A DNA stretch of 64,000 nucleotides from Eledone cirrhosa (lineage: Eukaryota), in NCBI GenBank assembly GCA_964016885.1, contig OZ024745.1, positions 104,718,001 to 104,782,000 on the forward strand. The letters run 5' to 3'. The translations under genes and the position numbers were made by a program. Position 1 is the first letter of the stretch. Each line of letters starts with the position of its first letter. This document shows positions 27,053 through 39,541 of the stretch, piece after piece. A model generated the notes under the pieces. The model searched no databases. It was not told the origin of the DNA and worked only from the letters and a program-made list of their open reading frames with translations.

Positions 27053-28366
27053 TAAGAACAGATTAACGTTTATATATATATATATATGGATGAGATGCTA
27101 TTAGTTGAGACCATTCATATATATTCACTCACACACATACACCTCACACACATGTATATATATATATATATATGCATAAATAAAGGAAGGTATAAACCCA
27201 ACAGCACTGCTTAGTGGTTTGGTTTGTACCTTCCTTTATACCCACTCTACTTCTTTCTATCCATATTTCTGGTCTCCCTGGTCTCACCACTACAGATTTT
27301 ATATATATATATATATAGACACACATACATTTATACATACACATTTGTATGCATACATGCATACTCATGCAAACACACACTTACATATACACATGTATAT
27401 ACAGTAGATTTTCTTTTATATAAGCCAGATTGAACAAATTACTGGAAAGTGTGTGAACCTATTTTATATTGATCCATTTGTATTCTCAAATGGTGCATTT
27501 GCTTTGAATAGGAATTGGATATAATATATTTCCCATGCTAAAGGATCGGCATTGATTAAATGAATGTTTGGCAATGTAACCATCTTGTTAATAGAAGTAC
27601 CAATAGGAGATTGATATTAGTCTGTTAGTGAGCAAGTAGTTGTATGTGCAAATGCAATGCTCTCATGGACCTGTGAAGGTATGTGACTTAGTGGTTAAGG
27701 CATTTAGCTAATGATTGTAAAGTTGAGAGAATGAACCCTGAACTGTGAGGTTCCTTAAATTCTTGAGCAAGTCACTTTACTTTACATTGCTCCAGTTATT
27801 TCAGCTGGCAAAAGTTGGTTGTGCCCATAATTTAAAGGTCCAGCCTGGTCAAACACTGTCTCACTGAATCTCCCTGAGAACTATATTAAAGGTGCACATG
27901 TCTGTGGAATGCTAATAGATTCACATGTTAGCTCTGTTGTTTGAACAACTGGAATACTCCTCTTCAGAACTGATGGAGGCCCAACAATATATCTCATAGA
28001 TCTTGTCAGTTATATTCAGATGCAGGATATAATTATCTATATTTATTAATATATATATATATTTATAATAAAGAGTCATGATCTAATGGCTAAGCTCTTG
28101 CTGTTTCAACAGCTAGTTCCATGGCAAGAGCTCAGTCGTTGGGTTCCAATGCTTTATAATATAGCCATACCCTACTATCCCAAGTATTGAGTACTCGGTT
28201 AAGTAATGGGCTGACAAATTTTAAACTGCTTCTATCCTGATATATATATATATATATATAACATATATATATATAACATATATATATATATATATAACAT
28301 ATATATATATATATATATATAACCACTAAGTCACATTTTTATAATGCACCAACCAGCATTATATAT

Positions 28367-28552
28367 GCAGTGGATTGGTAGTATTGGTAGAGGGTTGGAT
28401 GCTATCCTTTGTAGCAAAGAGTTACGGCCCTTTATGGTCTGAGTTCAAATCCCGTCGAGGTTAACTTTGCCTTTCATCCTTACGGGGGGTCGATAAAATA
28501 AAGTACCAGTAATGTACTGGTTATTTGCTGGCCTTGTACCAAAAGTTTAAAC

Positions 28553-28556
<4 letters not shown>
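28367..28556 (+). mobile_element. Meta-like tRNA SINE
   Basis: GTGGATTGGTAGTATTGG (A box), GAGTTCAAATCC (B box), then GCCTTTCATCCTTACGGGGGGTCGATAAAAT. Confidence 0.88.
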
Positions 28557-28585
<29 letters not shown>

Positions 28586-28774
28586 GATAATTTAATATAT
28601 CAACTAACATAAGCGCACAGATGCACGCCTATGCCAGCAAATACACAGGTTATGTCATAGTACCTAGGTGGTTCAATGCAGGAGGATGCAGAACAATAAT
28701 ATAAAAGACGTAAAATAAGAAAATCTTAAAAAAAATTTTTTAAAAAAATTTTTTACTTACTTACTTAAATTTTC

Positions 28775-28856
28775 ACTCCAACTAATTAGTTTCTGCAATG
28801 GGATAAAGACAGTTACGTAATCTAACTGTCGAGAATTCATTGCGTCATCAGGGAGT
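28775..28856 (-). ncRNA. Hammerhead ribozyme with extended stem II
   Basis: Minus strand reads ACTCC-CTGATGA-C-GCAATG..GACAGTTA/TAACTGTC..CATTGC-A-GAAA-CTAATTAG-TT-GGAGT. Stem III is palindromic; GUU site. Confidence 0.82.
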
Positions 28857-29012
28857 CTATTCTCAGCTAAGTCTCCAGGCAATGCGCGGACACTGGCATA
28901 TATATATATATATATAAGCAATGAGTTATTTAATTTGTTGATTATTCAACAACAGAACTCAAAACGTTAAGTTCTAGTTTTGAATATGTCACTATCTGTT
29001 AAACAACTTTTG

Positions 29013-29074
29013 TATTTTATCTGATGAGAGCGTAACCAAAATTTTGGTACCCTTGAAATATATATAATAAAATA
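29013..29074 (+). ncRNA. Type I minimal hammerhead ribozyme (diverged Naiad-end family)
   Basis: TATTTTAT-CTGATGA (29021)-GAGCGTAACCAAAATTTTGGTACCCTT-GAAA (29055)-TATATA-TA-ATAAAATA, with a perfect 8-bp stem I. Confidence 0.85.
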
Positions 29075-29266
29075 AATATGGTTTTATAAAGATAGTTTCA
29101 GGAAGGGCATCCATCTGTAAAAAACATGCTCGAGACACTTCTGTATGAGCGAGACATGGTCTCCCGACCATTCCTGCATCAAATGGAACAAAACCGTCTA
29201 ACCCATGCTAGCATGGAAGACGGACGTTAAATGATGATGATGATGATGATATATATATATATATAT

Positions 29267-29620
29267 GGTTTTTTAGAAAACTAGGAGTAGATGAGTGGTT
29301 GTGAAAGCTGTACAAGCCATGTATGGGGAAGCAGTCAGCAAAGTTAGAATTAACAACTATAGCGAGGAATTTAGTGTGTAGGTTGGCATCCACCAGGGCT
29401 CTGCTCTTAGTCCTTGCAGGCTATAACAGAGGAGTTTAAGACCGGCTGCCCTTGGGAACTCCTGTATGCAGACGATCTTATACTCATAGCTGAGTTCATG
29501 GCAGAACTAGAGAAATAATTCCAAACCTGGAAGCATGGCCTAGAAACAAAAGGTCTTAAAGTCAACCTGACAAAGACAGAGCCCTGATCCCCTCAGGGAA
29601 ATCACATTGCTCAGTATATA
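29267..29620 (+). pseudogene. Degraded RTE RT fragment
   Basis: Reads LRKLGVDEWL and EFKTGCPWELLYADDLILIAE, matching the RT at 39537-40511; contains stops and frameshifts. Confidence 0.8.
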
Positions 29621-30307
29621 GGTTTGTTTAGATAATGAGAAGCAAGGAAGAGAACTCTTACAACCTGAGCTGACCCAAGTTTTTGGAACAATTTAAGACA
29701 ATGAAGTGGGAACAGACCTCGTCTATAAACAAACTTGGTGAAAGCAACGGTCATGTTTTAATGTTATTAGTTTCCTCAGTAAAGCATATTCACTCAGCAA
29801 ATTGGTTAGACTGACTATATTCTATTTAATAGAACTCCATTGGCTTTCTCATGAAAAGTTAATTTTCATATAAGAAATGAAACGGTTGTCTACTATGTTT
29901 ACAACATTGTTGTGTCTCATGCATTCTGATACAGATGTGTTTTTTACTTTGTTTCTTAGTTTGTTAAGCATTAGTATTCTTATTTAATCATATGTTTTTA
30001 TACTTTTATGTTCAAATGGATTCTTTTTATAATCATCACTGTCAAATAGTCATATTACTTTACTGGCATTGGTTGGCTGGTCGGATATATCCTGATCATA
30101 TATATGAGCTATATCATCCTGAGATATATCAACACTTCTTCCCATGTAATCTTTGTCCTTTTCTTGCTGCCATGTTACCTTTCAGTTGTCAGTACAAGCT
30201 TCTTGTTTCCCAAACTCTCATCTTTTATTTGTATATTTTGTCTTGTTATTTTTCATTTTTTTAATAGATATGTTTAGTCCCCAGTATTTAAAGACCATAT
30301 TAAATTA

Positions 30308-30835
30308 CCATATATGCCGGCGTACAAGTCGACATTTGGAGCCTAAAACTACTTCTCCAAAATCAGGGGTCGACTTGTCTGCCGAATATAAAATGTGAAC
30401 CTTTACCACTGAGGGGTAAACAATGAAACTGCCTGCCTAACACTCGTTGTACACCACTTACCATAACTCTAACAGCCCACCATAATTATTTCCTACTGAA
30501 TCTCATATTTGTTATGTCTATTTAATGTAGAGATGGTAATAATATCAATGACTTGTTGTAGATCATAGGGTAGGTTGCCATAGGGTAGGTTACCATAGGG
30601 TAGGTTACCATAGGGTAGGTTACCATAGGTTCGTTAATGTTAGGCTAGGCTAGGTTAGAACTCACTTGCGACCGAAGGTTTTTAGAAGTGTTTTAGCCTT
30701 AGGGTTGGAGAGATGGTTGCCGTATTTTTGGGGAGGCCTTCTTATCCGGCGAATATAGGCCTAAACCTGAATTACACCTCACAACTTTAGAGGTCAATTT
30801 ATGTGCTGGATCAACTTGTATGTCAGCATATACAG
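30308..30835. mobile_element. Tc1/mariner (pogo/Tigger-like) MITE
   Basis: Imperfect TIRs CCATATATGCCGGCGTACAAGTCGA / TCAACTTGTATGTCAGCATATACAG flanked by TA. Internal (CATAGGGTAGGTTAC) x4. Confidence 0.75.
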
Positions 30836-33555
30836 TAATTTGTTTATATTGATACAATATATTTTTTTAAATATTAAATATATTATGAATATATTAAATT
30901 TGGAGGGCTATGTAACAAATGATTGGTAATATTTCAATTTCTATGCTTGAGGTTACGGGCAGAGTAAAATGTTGTATTAAGTTACTTTCCATTGTCAACA
31001 AGATGAGGTTTAAAGAGAATATTGGTACAGGATAGCTTGAATACCTTGAAGAACATTTTGTAATTTCAACATTTTAGTTAAACTTGCTTAAAAAAATCTC
31101 TTATATGTTTAGAATCCAGGAAGATGAAGTATTCAGAAATGCAATCAGTTAAAATTATGGAAGAAAGAATCCACTTTAGATACATGGGGACATCATGATA
31201 AATGTCTATTTTGCATGGGTATTATAGAGTTGAGAGAACTATAATAAGAGTTGAGTCAATTGGAATTAGATCTAAAAGCATATAACTACAAAACTACTCT
31301 GTTGTTGCCACTTCACATTATCATTAGTAAATAGGAATGGAAATTGCTTTGATTATAACCATTACAGAACAGGGATTAATCTTTTTGAAAGAGGGTGTAA
31401 AGAAATCTTTCCAATCAGTTACTGAATCATAGATTCTGGAATGTTTTGTGTAGCACTGTCGATAATAATTGGTAATTTCAACATGAAGACAAGAAAAATT
31501 ATTGATATCGATGACAAGATGATTGATAAATTACACCAAATCCATAAATCAATATTTAAAACCTCAATAAGAGAATTGCAATGTGTATTGTACATCATGT
31601 TTTAAAAACTTTGCTGAATTTCAAACCTATTTTTCACTGAACAATCTGAACTTTTGGGAATACCAAAGCAAGTGAAAAAAGATATCTTCTAGGTATATGA
31701 CTATTTGATATAGCCATGTTTCATCATGTAACTTAATGGAAATATGCAAATGTGTGCAAACTTCATTTTGACATGCAATCTGCACATAATACAAATACAA
31801 TAGATAAAATGGAAAAGAATTCAGGACTTATATTCTCCACATTTCATTTTAGTTGAACCATCTACTGATATTTAGGTGGTGAAAATCTATCATCTAAATA
31901 AGCAACATAAAACAAAATCCCTCCCTTTAAAATTTCCTGCCTGTTTCTGAGTACAGATCTATGACTGAACCCAGCAAAAGAATTACAATGCATTATAGTT
32001 AAAAATGTTATCAATCCAGCAGGGATGAAAGACTTATTTATTTGACTAGTTGATTCAGGATATACCTCAGATAAATCAGATAGATCCTGATTGCCTGTTG
32101 TTGAATATTTTGGTGAATATATGAGTAAATGAGTTGTGTGTTCCTGGGAAGCAATATTGATTTTTAACATGGATACAATGTCTCCTTTCCCTGTTAGCAA
32201 GAGTTGGACAGGTTTACATAGACCAAGTCAGTGCGGAAGCTGAGCCACAGATCTCCCAGGCAGGCTTGGGATCTGTGTCTCACTTTATGTACAGTTGATG
32301 CTCCACTGAGTGCACAGGAGTGGTTGTCATGTCTTTGTCACAAGTGAAGGTCCTCCTGACCCTTTTTGTTTGGAAAGATTTCTACAGCTGGAAGCCCTTC
32401 CTATCATCAACCACTTTACAGCTTGAACTGGGTTCATTTATTGTGTAGATCACCCACACTAGGGAGCCTGTTATATATATACATATACATATATATATAT
32501 AAATATTCAATATCATGATGCCTATACGAAATAATGAAATCAGTATTAATTTTGAAAATTAAAATAGTTATTGACTTGAACAAACAAATAAATAAATAAA
32601 TAAATAAGTAACAATGTGTTTTAATATGGCTGCATTTCTCCAAAACAATTCACAACATTGCTAATACTGAAACATTACAAGTATAGCATTAGAGGAAGTG
32701 ACAATCTGAGGAAAAAAGAAAAGAAATTGAGAAACAAAATATTATTTTCTTATACATATGTGAATTCCAGGAGAATCTTACTTTGTAGAAACACTATAAG
32801 CATTTGCTCTTCATTTGTAAGTTCTTCTGCATGTATGTGTGTGAGGGTATGTGTGTTAGATAGTGGGTATGTGTGTGCGTTTGTATAAGAGTGTGTAGGT
32901 GTGTTTTTGTGAGAGTGTGAGGGTATGTATGTGTGAGGGTGTGTGTGTGTGTGAGATACTGTGTGTGTGTGTTTGTGTGAGAAAGTGTATGTGTGAAGGT
33001 GTGTGTGAGGGAGTGTGTATGTGTGTGTGTGTTTGTGTGAGAAAGTGTATGTGTGAGGGTGTGTGTGAGAGAGTGTGTAAGTGTGTGCATTTGTGTGAGA
33101 GTGTGTGTGTGTGTATGTGTCAGTTTGTTATTTAATTCAGTGAGAATATTTTTAATGTTCCAAGGGTGATGGACAGAGATTACACATTAGAAATTATATT
33201 AATAGAATGTTGCTGCTGTTATAACTTATCATTAAATGTATTTATCGCATTTTAAAAACAGTTCTTCAATTTTTCCCAGTTGAACTTCATCTTCTTATAA
33301 TGTGTTGCTGTTGAAAACACTTCATACTCTTCTTCTTATGCTGCAAGTGAAGTGAATGGCAAACCAACTAATTGTTTCTACTCTCTGGCAGGTGAATTTG
33401 ACACCTGCTCATCAATCTTTCTGCCTATCCCTACTAGTGATAGTCAGTTGTTTGTGAACTCAGTATGGCTAAATGGTTAAGAAGTTCGCTTTCCAAATCA
33501 TTAGATCCCAGGTTCAATCCTACTGTATAGAATGGATTTAATCATATGTCTACAC

Positions 33556-33895
33556 CAGGGGTTCTCAACCTGGTCCATGTGGACCACTAGTGGTCCACAG
33601 GAAAATTCAGGTGGTCCACAGGAAAATTTTCAAAAGCAAATTCTTTTTTGATCCATGCATTTGACTTAAAGCGGAGTTCTTCTTCTTCGCATAAGTACGA
33701 CTTCAGCTGTTTATTTGCGTAGAATTTTAGGCACTGCGACATGATAATAGCATTTTCTAATTCATTGAAAAAAAAACATCTACTGATGCTTATAAGTAGC
33801 AGTTCTATTACAAAAGATTTTAAAGTTTAGGTGGTCCACAGGAAAAAATTACTTATTTTGGTGGTCCACAGCGAAAAAAAGGTTGAGAACTCCTG
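33556..33895. mobile_element. hAT (Charlie-like) MITE
   Basis: TIRs CAGGGGTTCTCAACCT / AGGTTGAGAACTCCTG and a perfect 8-bp TSD GTCTACAC (33548-33555, 33896-33903). Subterminal GTGGTCCACAG repeats. Confidence 0.93.
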
Positions 33896-33922
33896 GTCTA
33901 CACAATCAGGATTAATTTAGAC

Positions 33923-34322
33923 TTAACTCTTTACAATATACATTACTCTATATTTACTATTACATTTTCACGGTAAAAGCTTTATCTCACATAATATCTG
34001 AGATTTTGATATCATTTATTAGGGTGGTGGATTGACAGTATTGGTAGAGGGTCGGACGCCATGCTTTGCAGCATAGTTACAGCCCTTTATGGTCTGAGTT
34101 CAAATCCTGCCGAGGTTAACTTTGCCTTTCATCCTTACGGGGGTCGATAAAATAAAGTACCAGTTATGCACTGGGGTAATTGCTGGCCTTGTGCCAAAAG
34201 TAGAAACAATTATTTATTTTGAGAACAATACCTTAACATTAGTATGAATGGCCAGTTACAGCCCATTTGAACGGAAAGAGGTGAGAGAATTCTGGCTGGA
34301 TATGGCTGGTTTAAATGCTAAA
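33923..34322. mobile_element. piggyBac-like MITE interrupted by a Meta-like SINE (34021-34213, +)
   Basis: The uninterrupted homolog at 52929-53138 starts TTAACCCTTTAGCATTTA. The SINE sits in the ATTTATT site. Confidence 0.6.
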
Positions 34323-35438
34323 AACAACAACAGCATCAATAATATCTCCCCCAGTTAAAAGAAAAATAATGTGGGATGGTCACACAGAACAACTATAATC
34401 ATAGGTCATAGGTCTGCACAAGGCCAGCAATTACCCAGCACATTACTGGTACATATCCGTAAGGATGAAAGGCAAAGTTAACCTCGGCGGGATTTGAACT
34501 CAGATCATAAAGGGACGTAACTCTATGCTAGAAAGCATGGCGTCTAACCCTCTACCGATACTGCCAATCAACAACAGCATCAATAATATCTCCCTCAGTT
34601 AAAAGAAAAAAATGTGGGATGGTCACACAGAACAACTATAATCATAGGTCTGCTTGCTCATTGCTGACTTGTGGTTAAACAACGACAACAACAGCAACAA
34701 CAGCAACTACCAGTACTAGATCTGCGTAAATCTGGTTGCTGTGTTCATTTATTGTCTTGAATTGTTGTGGTGTTTGTATAGCCTACAGTTGCTGTGAGGT
34801 GGTTTAACAAAAATCAAAATAAAATACCAGTAATGCACTGGGTTTTTGCTGGCCTTGTGCCAAAAGTAGAAACAATTATTTATTTTGAGAACAATACCTT
34901 AACATTAGTATGAATGACCAGTTACAGTCCATTTGAACGGAAAGAGGTGAGAGAATTCTGGCCGGATATGGCTGGTTTAAATGCTAAAAACAACAACTGT
35001 TTCTACTTTTTGGCACAAGGCCAGCAATTACCCAGTGCATTACTGGTACTTTATTTTATCGACCCCGTAAGGATGAAAGGCAAAGTCAACCTCAGCGGGA
35101 TTTGAACTCAGATCGTTAAGGGACGTAACTATGCTGGAAAGCATGGCATCCGACCCTCTACCGATACTGCCAATCCACCTAAAACAATAACAGCATCAAT
35201 AATATCTCCCCCAGTTAAAAGAAAAAAATGTGGGATGGTCACACAGAACAACTATAATCACAGGTCTGCTTGCTCATTGCTGACTTGTGGTTAAACAACG
35301 ACAACAACAGCATCAACAGCAACTACCAGTACTAGATCTGCGTAAATCTGGTTGCTGTGTTCATTTATTATCTTGAATTGTTGTGGTATTTGTATAGCCT
35401 ACAGTTGCTGTGAGGTGGTTTAACAAAAATCAAAAATA
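34150..35438. repeat. Imperfect tandem duplication (~620-670 bp x2) with nested SINEs
   Basis: TACCAGT.ATGCACTGG...TTTAACAAAAATCAAAATA is present twice. Confidence 0.85.
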
Positions 35439-35469
35439 GTTATATCTTTCATGTACACGTATGATTCTT

Positions 35470-38400
35470 TATACACACACATATATACACACACACACAT
35501 ACACATAAATGCATACACACACATACACATACATACATACACACACACACACACAAATACATACTCATAAAAACACACATAAATACATACACACACAAAC
35601 ACATACACATAAATACACACACGGATACATACATACATACACATAAATACATATACACACACATACACATAAATACATACACACACACAAATACATACAC
35701 ATACAAACACACAAATACACATAAAAACACATGTAAATTCATATACACACACACATACTCATAAATGCATACACACACACAAATACATGCATATAAAAAC
35801 ACACATAAATGCATATACACACACAAACACATACACATAAATACATACACACACACACACAAATACATACACATATACACACAAACACATACACACACAA
35901 ACACATACACACACACACAAATACATACACAGAAAAACACACATAAATACATACGCATAAAACACATAAATACATATACACACACACATACACAAATACA
36001 CACACACACATAAATACATACATATAAAAACACACGGAAATACATATACACACATATACATATGCATACACACAAATACATACATAAAAACACACATAAA
36101 TACATATACACACAGAAACACATACACATAAATACATACACACACACACACAAATACATACACATAAAAACACAAATACATACACACACACAAACACATA
36201 CACATAAATAACCACACACACACACACATAAATACATACACATAAAACACACAAATACATATATACACACAAACATACACATAAATACACACACACACAT
36301 ACACATAAAACACACATAAATACATACACACACAAACAGATACACATAAATACATATACACACACACAAACACACATAAATACATACATACACACACACA
36401 CACAAGCACACATAAATACATACACATAAAAACACACATAAACACATACGCATAAATACATACACACACACACACACAAACACACATAAATACATACACA
36501 CACACAAACACATAAATACATACACACACAAACACATAAATACATACACACACACAAACACACAAATACATACACACACACAAACACACATAAATACATA
36601 CACACACACACAAACACACATACACATATACACACATGTTGTAAATAAAGTGTCACAATGTACAATGGTTCAGTTGAGAGACTGTAAAGAACTATGTGTG
36701 TGTCTATATGTGTGTGAGTGTGTATGTGTGTGAGTGTGTATGAGAATGTGAGAGTGTGTGTGTGTGATGGGTGAGTGTTTGTTTCTGTGTGAGTGTGTGT
36801 ATGTGTGTATATATGAGAATGTGAGAGTATGTGTGTGTGAGTGTTTGTGTGTATGCGTGTGTGAGTGTGTATGTGTGTCTGTATGTGATGTGTGAGTGCG
36901 TGTATGTATGTGAGAGTGTGTATGAGTGTGTCTGTATGAGAATGTGAGAGTCTGTATGTGATGTGTGAGTGTGTGTATGCGTGTGAGTGTGTGTATGTGT
37001 GTTTGTATGAGAATGTGAGAGTCTGTGTGTGTGAGTGTTTGTGTGTATGTGTGTGAGAGTGTGTATGTGTGTCTGTATGAGAATGTGAGAGTCTGTGTGT
37101 GTGAGTGTTTGTGTATGTGTGTGAGAGTGTGTATGAGTGTGTCTGTATGAGAGTGTGTGTGTGTGTGTGTATGTGTATGCGTGTGAGTGTTTGTGTGTAT
37201 GTGTGTATGAGTGTGTTTGTATGAGAATGTGAGTGTTTGTGTATGTGTGTGAGAGTGTGTATGTGTGTGTGTCTGTATGAGAATGTGAGAGTCTGTGTGT
37301 GTGAGTGTTTGTGTGTATGCATGTGTGTGTCTGTATGAGAATGTGAGTCTGTGTGTGTGAGTGTTTGTGTGTATGCATGTGTGTGTCTGTATGAGAATGT
37401 GAGAGTCTGTGTGTGTGAGTGTTTATGTGTGTGCGTGTGAGAGTGTATGTGCATGCCTGTATGAGAATGTGAGAGTGTTTGTGTGAGTGTTTGTTTGTAT
37501 GTGTTTGTGTGAGTGTTTGTGTGTGTGCATGTGAGTGTGTATGTGTGTGTCTGTATGAGAATGTGAGAGTCTGTGTGTGTGTGACTTTTTTTGTGTGTTT
37601 GCATGTGAGAGTCTGTGTGTTTGAGTGTTTGTGTGTTTGCGTGTGAGGGTGTGTATGTGCATGCCTGTATGAGAATGTGAGAGTGTGTATGTGTGAGTGT
37701 TTGTTTGTATGTGTTTGTGTGAGGGTTTGTTTGTGTGTGTTTGTGTGAGGGTTTGTTTGTATGTGTTTGTGTGAGGGTTTGTTTGTATGTATTTGTGTGA
37801 GGGTTTGTTTGTATGTGTTTGTGTGAGGGTTTGTTTGTATATGTTTGTGTGAGGGTTTGTTTGTGTGTGTTTGTGTGTGTTTGTGTGAGGGTTTGTTTGT
37901 GTGTGTTTGTGTGAGGGTTTGTTTGTGTGTGTTTGTTTGTGTGAGGGTTTGTTTGTGTGTGTTTGTGTGAGGGTTTGTTTGTGTGTGTTTGTGTGAGGGT
38001 TTGTTTGTGTGTGCTTGTGTGAGGGTTTGTTTGTGTGTGTTTGTGTGTGTTTGTGTGAGGGTTTGTTTGTGTGTGTTTGTGTGAGGGTTTGTTTGTGTGT
38101 GTTTGTGTGTGTTTGTGTGAGGGTTTGTTTGTGTGTGTTTGTGTGAGGGTTTGTTTGTATGTGTTTGTGTGAGGGTTTGTTTGTGTGAGGGTTTGTTTGT
38201 GTGTGTTTGTGTGAGGGTTTGTTTGTGTGTGTTTGTGTGAGGGTTTGTTTGTGTGTGCTTGTGTGAGGGTTTGTTTGTGTGTGTTTGTGTGTGTTTGTGT
38301 GAGGGTTTGTTTATGTGTGTTTGTGTGAGGGTTTGTTTGTGTGTGTTTGTGTGAGGGTTTGTTTGTGTGTGTTTGTGTGAGGGTTTGTTTGTATGTGTTT

Positions 38401-38768
38401 GTGTGAGGGTTTGTTTGTCTGTGTTTGTGTGTGTTTGTGTGAGGGTTTGTTTGTGTGTGCTTGTGTGAGGGTTTGTTTGTGTGTGTTTGTGTGTGTTTGT
38501 GTGAGGGTTTGTTTGTGTGTGTTTGTGTGAGGGTTTGTTTGTGTGTGTTTGTGTGAGGGTTTGTTTGTGTGTGTTTGTGTGAGGGTTTGTTTGTGTGTGT
38601 TTGTGTGAGGGTTTGTTTGTATGTGTTTGTGTGAGGGTTTGATTGTGTGTATGCATGTGTCTGTATGAGAATGTGAGAGTGTGTGTGTGTGTGAGTGTTT
38701 GTTTGTGTGTGTGTGTATGCATGTGAGAGTGTGTGTATGCGTGTGATATGAATGTGTGTATGTGTGTG
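35470..38768. repeat. Complex (CA)-rich then (TG)-rich satellite; includes a 26-bp GTGTGAGGGTTTGTTTGTGTGTGTTT array
   Basis: CA-rich at 35470-36637, a ~56-bp unique spacer, then TG-rich at 36694-38768. Confidence 0.95.
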
Positions 38769-38879
38769 TGGTAAAAATAGAAAACAAAACATCTAGCTGG
38801 AAACAGAATTCTAGAGATTGTCGAAAAGTATTTGTTTGACCTTCATGACTTGGGTTCTGTATTGATTTGTGATGGAAAA

Positions 38880-39420
38880 TATAACAATAATGACTGCAAT
38901 GGTTATAATGATGATGGTGTTGGTGATGATGGTGATGATGATGGTGATGGTGATGATAATGACTGCAATGGTTATGATGATGATGGTGATGGTGATGATA
39001 ATGACTGCAATTGTTATAATAATGATGATGGTGGTGGTGGTGATGGTGATGATGGTGATGGTGATGATAATGACTGCAATGGTTATAATGATGATGATGA
39101 TGGTGATGGTGATGATGGTGATGGTGATGATAATGACTGCAATGGTTATAATGATGATGGTGTTGGTGATGATGGTGATGGTGATGGTAATGACTGCAAT
39201 GGTTATAATGATGATGATGTTGGTGATGATGATGGTGATGATGTTGGTGATGATGATGGTGATGATAATGACTGCAATGGTGATAATGATGATGATGTTG
39301 GTGATGGCAGTGATGATGATGATGATGATAGTAATGACAATGACTGCAATGAATTATAATGATGATGATGTTGGTGATGGTGATGGTGATGATGATGATG
39401 GTGATGATGATGATAGTAAT
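38880..39420. repeat. (GAT/GGT)n satellite punctuated by AATGACTGCAATGGTTAT
   Basis: About 8 recurrences of the punctuation motif. Confidence 0.9.
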
Positions 39421-39541
39421 GATAAATGTTTCTACTATTGGCACAAGGCCAGCAATTACCCCAGTGCATTACTGGTATTTTATTTAATCGACCCCGTAAG
39501 GATGAAAGGCAAAGTTAACCTCGGTGGGATTTGAACTCAGA

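Noticed and set aside
34021-34110. tRNA gene-like A/B boxes
   Set aside because: They are SINE heads continuing into a shared core and tail; there is no cloverleaf.
35420-39534. Long ORFs (1017, 672, 394, 377 aa; His/Thr-, Cys/Val-, Asp/Gly-rich)
   Set aside because: These are translations of stop-poor CA/TG and GAT satellites, open in several frames at once.
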